A DNA stretch of 13,070 nucleotides from Gemmatimonadota bacterium. GTDB taxonomy: Bacteria; Gemmatimonadota; Gemmatimonadetes; Gemmatimonadales; Gemmatimonadaceae. Under the pieces are notes generated by a model. It was not told where the DNA came from, ran no database searches, and worked only from the letters and a program-made list of their open reading frames with translations. This document shows positions 7,140 through 13,070 of this stretch, piece by piece. The DNA lies in NCBI GenBank assembly GCA_031372565.1, contig JANMLN010000125.1, forward strand, positions 1 through 13,070. The letters run 5' to 3'. Each line of letters opens with the position of its first letter. Positions within the stretch are counted from its first letter, which is position 1. The translations under genes were made by a program, and so were the position numbers.

Positions 7140-8095
7140 TGCGGCATTCCCGCGCCCTCACCTTCGCGACTGGCCTCGCGCTCCTCGCGGCCGCGTCCCC
7201 CTTCGGCACATGGCATCGCCTGAGCGATCGCCCGGTGCTCGAGCCGAGTGCCAGCGGCTTCGACGCCAAGGGGGCGTTCAATCCGGCGGTCGCTCGGCGC
7301 GGCGACGAGATCGTGATGCTGTATCGGGCGCAGGACTCGGCCGGCACCTCGCGCCTCGGCTACGCGACGAGCCGCGATGGCGTGCACTTCACGAAGCGTC
7401 CCGAACCCGTGCTGTCGCCGGAGGCGGACTACGAGAAGGACGGCGGCGTGGAAGATCCGCGCCTCACGGAGATCGGCGGCACGTACTACCTCACGTACAC
7501 CGCATACAACAAGGTCGATGCGCAGTTGAGTCTCGCGACGTCGCGCGATCTCGTGCATTGGGAGCGGCGCGGCGTCATCATGCCGGCCAAGCAGGGCGCG
7601 TGGAACGTCGGCTGGACCAAGTCGGGGGCGATTCTTCCCGTGAAGGTGAAGGGCAAGTACTGGATGTACTACATGGGCGATGCGGCCGGCATGCCCGACC
7701 AGACGGGCATCGCATCATCCACCGACTTGATCCATTGGACGGATGCCCTCGATCATCCCGTGCTGCCCCGCCGTCCGGGGATGTTCGACGGCCGCGTGAC
7801 GGAGCCCGGCCCGGCGCCGATCATGACGCGCGACGGCATCCTGCTCATCTACAACGGGGCGGATTCCGCACTCGTCTATCGCACCGGATGGGCGCTGTTC
7901 GATCGTCGCGATCCCACCCGGCTGCTCCGTCGATCGGATGCGCCGATCTTCGCACCGGAGTTCGACTGGGAGAAGGTCGGGCAGGTGCCGAACGTCGTCT
8001 TCGTCGAGGGGATGATCCGCGACGGATCGCGCTGGCTGCTGTACTACGGCGGCGCCGATCGCACCGTGGGGGTCGCGGCGACGACCATTCGCTGA
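7139..8095 (+). CDS. Glycoside hydrolase family 130 protein with signal peptide (probable beta-mannosidase type), 318 aa
   Basis: GH130 five-bladed propeller motifs FNPA, LYRA, GYATSRDG, EDPR, YYLTYTAY, WTKSG, EPGP, LIYNG, EKVGQVPNVVFVEG, YYGGAD; N-terminal signal-like MRHSRALTFATGLALLAAA; ATG overlaps the upstream stop (TGATG, 7137-7141). Confidence 0.9.
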   Translation: MRHSRALTFATGLALLAAASPFGTWHRLSDRPVLEPSASGFDAKGAFNPAVARRGDEIVMLYRAQDSAGTSRLGYATSRDGVHFTKRPEPVLSPEADYEKDGGVEDPRLTEIGGTYYLTYTAYNKVDAQLSLATSRDLVHWERRGVIMPAKQGAWNVGWTKSGAILPVKVKGKYWMYYMGDAAGMPDQTGIASSTDLIHWTDALDHPVLPRRPGMFDGRVTEPGPAPIMTRDGILLIYNGADSALVYRTGWALFDRRDPTRLLRRSDAPIFAPEFDWEKVGQVPNVVFVEGMIRDGSRWLLYYGGADRTVGVAATTIR

Positions 8096-8153
8096 CGCGA
8101 GACCGCCTGTAGGAACACGCGGCGGACGCCCGGGCACCGCTATCTTTCCCCCA

Positions 8154-10868
8154 ATGACGCCTGACGACAACGCTGGCGACGACAGCGAATTCCTCGACCG
8201 CCTGCGGAAGGCCGTCGGTAGCGCGTACGTCATCGAACGGCGTGTCGGTCAGGGCGGGATGGCCACCGTGTACCTCGCGCGCGACGTGCGGCACGGCCGG
8301 CTCGTCGCGATCAAGGTCCTCGCCCCCGAGCTCGGGGCGCTCATCGGCGCCGAGCGATTCCTCGCGGAAATCAAGGTCACCGCGCCGCTGCAGCATCCGC
8401 ACATCCTCGGCCTGCTCGATTCGGGCGAGGCCGATGGGCTGCTTTGGTACGTGATGCCGTATGTGGACGGGGAATCGCTGCGCCAGCGCCTGGACCGTGA
8501 GCGCCAACTCGGCGTGGGTGATGCCGTGAGGCTGGCGACGGAAGTCGCCGATGCCCTCCACTACGCGCATCGCCAGGGGATCATCCATCGCGACATCAAG
8601 CCGGAGAACGTGTTGCTGCGCGATGGCCGCGCGGTGGTCGCCGACTTCGGCATCGCGCTGGCGGCGTCGCGCGCGGGCGGGACGCGGCTCACGGGCACGG
8701 GACTCTCGCTCGGGACCCCCACCTACATGAGTCCCGAACAGGCGATGGGCGACCGGGACCTCGACGCGCGCAGCGATCAGTACTCGCTCGCCGCCGTGCT
8801 CTACGAGATGCTCACCGGGGCGCCGCCGCACACGGGTCCCACGATGCAGGCGGTGATCGCGGCGCTGCTCACGCGGACGCCGGAGCCGATCCGTTCGCTG
8901 CGCGCGTCGGTGCCCGATGCCGTCGCGGACGCGCTGGAGATCGCACTCGCGAAGCTGCCCGCGGATCGTTTTCCGACCACCGAGGCGTTCGCGCGCGCGT
9001 TGGTCGACGGCCCCTCGGCGGTGGGGGTGCGTGCGGCGTCGCAAGGCGTGCGGCCGGCGGCGTCGGCGCGCGCGCCACGTCGGTTCGCCGTGATCGCTGC
9101 CGCACTCGTCGCCGGCATCGGCCTGGGCGTCGCCGCCTCGTACGTCCGTCGCGATGATCACGCCGCGGCGCTCCCGATGTTGCGATTCGACGTCCTCGCC
9201 GACTCCGGGCTCGACATCGATCCGTTCCCCGCGCTGACGCCGGACGGCTCCGCCTTGGTCTATCGCGCCGTATTCGGTGATTCCACTGCGATGTACGTGC
9301 ACCGGTTTGCCGAGGGGGTCGCGCACCGCGTGGTCAGTGCGGAACGTGGGCGCAAGATCCCGCTCAGTCTGCCGATCGTCTCACCCGACGGACTCGAGAT
9401 GATCTACCTCACCGAGAGTGGACTCCAGCGGGAGCGCCTCGATGGGAGCAGCTCGACGCAGATCGTCGAGGACCGCGCGCTCAGCGCGTTCTTTCTACCC
9501 GGCGCCTGGCTGCCGGGCAATCGGTTGATCTATGGCACGGGCGCGACTGCCAACGCCGGCAGCCGGCAGTTCGTGGTGGATATGCGCGGCGGCGGCGCGC
9601 AGCGGTGGTCGCTGTCGGGCGACACCCTCTCCATGCTGCACTCCTTCGCGGCGCTCCCCGACACGGACCGCGTGCTCGCCGTGCGACATAGCGGCGGTGG
9701 CCACACGATCGGGATCATTTCGCTGAAGGCGCGCACCTTCCGGCCGATCCGTGCGGGGCTGTCGCCGCGGTATCTGGCGTCAGGGCACCTCCTGTTCGGG
9801 CAAGCTGGCGGCGAGGTCTTCCTGCAGCCGTTCGACGTGCAACGCGCCGATACCACCGGCCCAGCGGTGCAGGTGATGAGCCAGATCAGCACGATCCTGG
9901 ACATTGCCGTTGCGTACGCGACCACACCGACGGGGATGATCGCGGTGACGCCGCGCATGACGGGAAACGCCACCCTGCGCAGCTCGCGTGACCGCGAGAG
10001 TTCGACCACCCTGCTCACGGGACGGAGTTTCTGGGGGCCGCGCCTCTCGCCCGATGGACGGCGCTTGGCCGTGTCCCGCTATCTCACCGACCAGAACTTC
10101 GGCGAGTTGTGGCTCTACGACTTCGCGACACATACCGATCAGCGTCTCACCCAGAACGGTGCCGCCGGTGCCGACGCCAACGACGCCGTCTGGAGCCCCG
10201 ATGGTCGCTTCCTGGCGTACTCGGCATACGATTCAGCCGACGGTTACGCGCAGCCCAAGGGCCATGGTGTGTGGCTCATGCCGGTGGATCGGAGCGCGCC
10301 CGCGCGCCTCCTGTCGAAAGTGCCGGGGGATCAATGGCCGGCGTGTTTCACTCCGGATGGCCGGAACCTGGTGTTCGTGCTTCGCACGTATCCGAGCAAT
10401 CGTCGCGAGATCTGGATGGTGCCGATGGCCGGCGGGCCGCCTCGCCCGTTGCTGCAGGCCTCGTTCAACGTGGGCGCGCCGCGCTTCTCGCAGGACGGGC
10501 GCTGGCTCGCCTTCGATTCCGACGAGACCGGACAGTACGAGGTGTATGTGCAACCGTATCCGGGTCCCGGGACGCGCCTGCGTCTCTCGACGGCAGGTGG
10601 CCGCACCCCCGTCTTCACGAATAATGGACGGGCCCTCGTGTATTGGACGCGTGATGCGCTCGAGGAGATCGATCTCGATCTCTCGAAGGCCGAGCCCATC
10701 CTCGGGCGCCGGCGACGCGAGACGGTGTCCTTTCCATCGTTCAGCAACCTGCCGCAGTTCGATCTCTCCGCCGACGGTCACACGCTCCTGACGGTGCGTG
10801 AACCGCCACCCGCGAATCGCTTCGTGGTGTCGACGCGGGTGCCGGGGTCGGTCCCGGCGGCGCGCTGA
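8154..10868 (+). CDS. Membrane Hanks-type Ser/Thr protein kinase with C-terminal TolB-like (PD40) beta-propeller, 904 aa
   Basis: GQGGMATVY, VAIKVL, HPHIL, HRDIKPEN, DFG, GTPTYMSPEQ, DQYSL; transmembrane segment FAVIAAALVAGIGLGVAASYV; repeated SPDG/TPDG/WSPDG/FSQDGRWLAF motifs. Confidence 0.93.
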   Translation: MTPDDNAGDDSEFLDRLRKAVGSAYVIERRVGQGGMATVYLARDVRHGRLVAIKVLAPELGALIGAERFLAEIKVTAPLQHPHILGLLDSGEADGLLWYVMPYVDGESLRQRLDRERQLGVGDAVRLATEVADALHYAHRQGIIHRDIKPENVLLRDGRAVVADFGIALAASRAGGTRLTGTGLSLGTPTYMSPEQAMGDRDLDARSDQYSLAAVLYEMLTGAPPHTGPTMQAVIAALLTRTPEPIRSLRASVPDAVADALEIALAKLPADRFPTTEAFARALVDGPSAVGVRAASQGVRPAASARAPRRFAVIAAALVAGIGLGVAASYVRRDDHAAALPMLRFDVLADSGLDIDPFPALTPDGSALVYRAVFGDSTAMYVHRFAEGVAHRVVSAERGRKIPLSLPIVSPDGLEMIYLTESGLQRERLDGSSSTQIVEDRALSAFFLPGAWLPGNRLIYGTGATANAGSRQFVVDMRGGGAQRWSLSGDTLSMLHSFAALPDTDRVLAVRHSGGGHTIGIISLKARTFRPIRAGLSPRYLASGHLLFGQAGGEVFLQPFDVQRADTTGPAVQVMSQISTILDIAVAYATTPTGMIAVTPRMTGNATLRSSRDRESSTTLLTGRSFWGPRLSPDGRRLAVSRYLTDQNFGELWLYDFATHTDQRLTQNGAAGADANDAVWSPDGRFLAYSAYDSADGYAQPKGHGVWLMPVDRSAPARLLSKVPGDQWPACFTPDGRNLVFVLRTYPSNRREIWMVPMAGGPPRPLLQASFNVGAPRFSQDGRWLAFDSDETGQYEVYVQPYPGPGTRLRLSTAGGRTPVFTNNGRALVYWTRDALEEIDLDLSKAEPILGRRRRETVSFPSFSNLPQFDLSADGHTLLTVREPPPANRFVVSTRVPGSVPAAR

Positions 10869-10974
10869 CGGGGGCGGGGCGCGCGATTCCAGTCGCACAC
10901 CGGCTCCCGCGAGAATGACCACGCTCCGCCACCGGTAGCCGGGGAGAGATTCGTCGCTGGTGCAGCAGTGCGGC

Positions 10975-11037
10975 TTTCGATTGGGCGATCAGAAGGTTGC
11001 AATTGGCCGATGCGAAAACTTGCAATTGGACGATACG
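10975..11037 (+). repeat. Three phased 18-bp imperfect direct repeats (core TTGCAATTGGnCGAT)
   Basis: TTTCGATTGGGCGATCAG (10975), TTGCAATTGGCCGATGCG (10997), TTGCAATTGGACGATACG (11020); periods 22 and 23 bp; copies 2 and 3 are 16/18 identical, copies 1 and 2 are 13/18. Confidence 0.8.
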
Positions 11038-11049
11038 CCAGCTTACGCT
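11020..11049 (+). promoter_or_regulatory. Sigma-70-type promoter of the AAA-DUF4143 gene, probably leaderless
   Basis: TTGCAA (11020-11025, inside repeat 3)-N18-TACGCT (11044-11049), 8 nt before ATG 11058; no Shine-Dalgarno sequence. Confidence 0.55.
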
Positions 11050-11057
11050 TAGCCGCC

Positions 11058-12308
11058 ATGACGCGCATCGCCCCATACCCGCGGTTCGCCACCCAGCTGC
11101 TCGAGCAGGCGCTCGCGGAGTCGCCGGTCGTGCTGATCCACGGGCCACGCCAGTGCGGCAAGACGACGCTCGCCCAGATGGTGGGGACCGCCCGGGGCTA
11201 CCGCTATTTCAGCTTTGACGATGCGGTGACGCTGGCAGCGGCCACCAGCGATCCCGTCGGATTCGTGGGAGATCTTCCCGCCCACACGATCCTCGACGAA
11301 GTCCAGCGCGCCCCGGCGCTCTTCACCGCCCTCAAGCGCGCGGTGGACCGCGACCGGCGCCCGGGCCGCTTCCTGCTGACGGGCTCCGCCAACGTGTTGC
11401 TCCTGCCGACGCTGTCCGATTCCCTCGCCGGGCGGATGGAGATCCTGCGGCTGCACCCGCTGGCGCAAAGCGAGTTGGCGGGAACCAAGCCCACCTTCCT
11501 CGACGCCCTGTTCGGGCGCGGCTTCACCACGCAGCCGTACGATCGGCTCGGCGCGGAACTGCTCGCCCGCATCGTGGCGGGGGGCTATCCGGCGGCGCTC
11601 GGGCGCGCCACGCCTCGGCGGCGAGCCACCTGGTACCGGGATTACATCGAGACGCTTGTGCAGCGGGACGTGCGCGATCTGGCGCGCATCGCCTCGCTCG
11701 ACGCGCTCCCGCGGCTGCTCACCCTCGCCGCCGGTCAGACCGCGCGCCTGATCAATGTGAGTGACCTCGCCGCACCCTTCCAACTGAGCCGACCGACGAT
11801 CCGGGAGTATGTCACGCTGCTCGAGCGCATCTTCCTGCTGGAGGAGCTTCCCCCGTGGCACAACAACCGGTTGAGTCGCCTCATCAAGACCCCCAAGCTC
11901 CATCTCACCGATACCGGCGTCGCGTGTGCCCTGCTCGGGTTGGACGAAGCCTCACTGGCGGAGGATCGCGGCACGTTGGGACAGTTGCTCGAAACGTTCG
12001 TGGTGCAGGAGCTGCGCCGCCAGGCCAGTTGGCGGGATGATGACGTGCGCTTCCACCACCTCCGCGACAAGGATGGCGTCGAAGTGGATCTGGTGATCGA
12101 GCAGGGGGGACGTGCACTGGCTGCCGTCGAGGTCAAGGCCTCCGCCACGGTCACCGCGGCCGACTTCCGCGGGATCCGCAAACTCCGCGCTGCCGTGGGG
12201 AGGCGCTTCACGTGTGGCGTGGTGCTCCATGATGGTGAAGGGTGCGTGGGGTTCGGGGACGGCTTCTTTGCCGTGCCCATCCGCGCACTCTGGGAAATGC
12301 AACCGTGA
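11058..12308 (+). CDS. AAA_14 family ATPase with DUF4143 (winged-helix and C-terminal PD-(D/E)XK-like region), 416 aa
   Basis: Walker A GPRQCGKTT, Walker B ILDEVQ, LTGSA, SLAGR, GGYP, HTH-like NVSDLAAPFQLSRPTIREYVTLLE, KTPKLHLTDTG, LLETFV, EVDLVIE...AVEVKAS. Start set at ATG 11058 because the upstream extension spans the repeats and promoter. Confidence 0.9.
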   Translation: MTRIAPYPRFATQLLEQALAESPVVLIHGPRQCGKTTLAQMVGTARGYRYFSFDDAVTLAAATSDPVGFVGDLPAHTILDEVQRAPALFTALKRAVDRDRRPGRFLLTGSANVLLLPTLSDSLAGRMEILRLHPLAQSELAGTKPTFLDALFGRGFTTQPYDRLGAELLARIVAGGYPAALGRATPRRRATWYRDYIETLVQRDVRDLARIASLDALPRLLTLAAGQTARLINVSDLAAPFQLSRPTIREYVTLLERIFLLEELPPWHNNRLSRLIKTPKLHLTDTGVACALLGLDEASLAEDRGTLGQLLETFVVQELRRQASWRDDDVRFHHLRDKDGVEVDLVIEQGGRALAAVEVKASATVTAADFRGIRKLRAAVGRRFTCGVVLHDGEGCVGFGDGFFAVPIRALWEMQP

Positions 12309-12361
12309 CACGTGCGATGACCAACAGACAGGACGCCCGATGCTCCAGCTGAACGCCACCC

Positions 12362-13070
12362 ATGAGTGACGTCGCCAGTCGACTCGCCGTCGCACTTGGC
12401 CGCAGCTATCGCCTCGAGCGTGAGCTCGGGAGCGGCGGCATGGCCACGGTGTACCTCGCGCACGACCTCAAGCACGACCGCGATGTCGCCATCAAGGTGC
12501 TGCACCCCGACCTGGGCGCGGCCCTCGGCGGCGAACGGTTCCTGAGCGAGATCAAGACCACGGCCAAGCTCCAGCACCCGCACATCCTGCCGCTGCTCGA
12601 CAGCGGCGAGGCGGACGGGCTGCTGTACTACGTCATGCCGCTCGTGACGGGCGAGACTTTGCGATCGCGCCTGGAGCGCGAGCGGCAGTTGCCGATTGCC
12701 GAGGCGGTCCGCATTGCCCGCGAAGTGGCGGGTGCGCTCGACTATGCGCACCGGCAGAACGTGATTCACCGCGACATCAAGCCGGAGAACATCCTCCTGC
12801 ACGACGGATCGGCGCTGGTGGCCGACTTCGGCATTGCCCTCGCCGTGCAGACGGCGGGCGGACAGCGGATGACCCAAACCGGCCTCTCGCTCGGCACGCC
12901 AAGCTACATGTCCCCCGAGCAGGCGATGGGAGAGCGGACGATCGACGCCCGCTCCGACATCTATGCGCTGGGTGCGGTGACGTACGAGATGCTGGCCGGC
13001 GAGCCACCGTTCACGGGCCCCAGCGTGCAGGCTATCGTCGCGAAGGTGCTCAGCGAACGTCCGGTCGCAC
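12362..13070 (+). CDS. Hanks-type Ser/Thr protein kinase, paralog of 8154..10868; 3'-truncated by the window edge
   Basis: Manual translation: MSDVASRLAVALGRSYRLERELGSGGMATVYLAHDLKHDRDVAIKVLHPDL...HPHILPLLDSG...HRDIKPENILL...DFGIALA...GTPSYMSPEQ...DIYALG...; open to the end of the window. Confidence 0.93.
   Translation, partial: MSDVASRLAVALGRSYRLERELGSGGMATVYLAHDLKHDRDVAIKVLHPDLGAALGGERFLSEIKTTAKLQHPHILPLLDSGEADGLLYYVMPLVTGETLRSRLERERQLPIAEAVRIAREVAGALDYAHRQNVIHRDIKPENILLHDGSALVADFGIALAVQTAGGQRMTQTGLSLGTPSYMSPEQAMGERTIDARSDIYALGAVTYEMLAGEPPFTGPSVQAIVAKVLSERPVA

Noticed and set aside
10975..11037. Mini CRISPR array
   Set aside because: Repeats are only 18 bp with 4-5 nt gaps, there are no spacer-length unique sequences and no cas genes.
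10968..11057. N-terminal extension of the AAA protein with repeated LSIGR/LAIGR peptides
   Set aside because: The peptides just reflect the DNA repeats, whose 22/23-bp periods are not multiples of three; the promoter motif supports ATG 11058.

Overview
GC-rich bacterial window; the gene mix (ADOP-type permease, PEP-CTERM proteins, Hanks kinase fused to TolB-like propeller) suggests Gemmatimonadota, which is an inference. In order: the 5' half of a MacB/FtsX (ADOP) permease (-, cut by the window edge); an L-type-lectin PEP-CTERM gene (-) with a 19-bp-stem terminator and an apparently complete sigma-54 promoter (-24/-12, IHF-like site, tandem enhancer palindromes); dps (-); a second PEP-CTERM gene (+) with its own sigma-54 motif, lying between two decayed IS91-family transposase fragments in tail-cargo-head order; a beta-propeller (PQQ-like) lipoprotein coupled by a TGATG overlap to a secreted GH130 glycosidase; a membrane Ser/Thr kinase with PD40/TolB repeats; an AAA_14-DUF4143 ATPase preceded by three phased 18-bp direct repeats overlapping its promoter; and a second paralogous kinase cut by the window end. 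No rRNA, tRNA or CRISPR array was seen. The strongest leads are the iteron-like repeat/AAA-DUF4143 unit, the IS91-bracketed PEP-CTERM cassette and the sigma-54 architecture of both PEP-CTERM genes. All family assignments come from motif recognition by eye, not from database searches.
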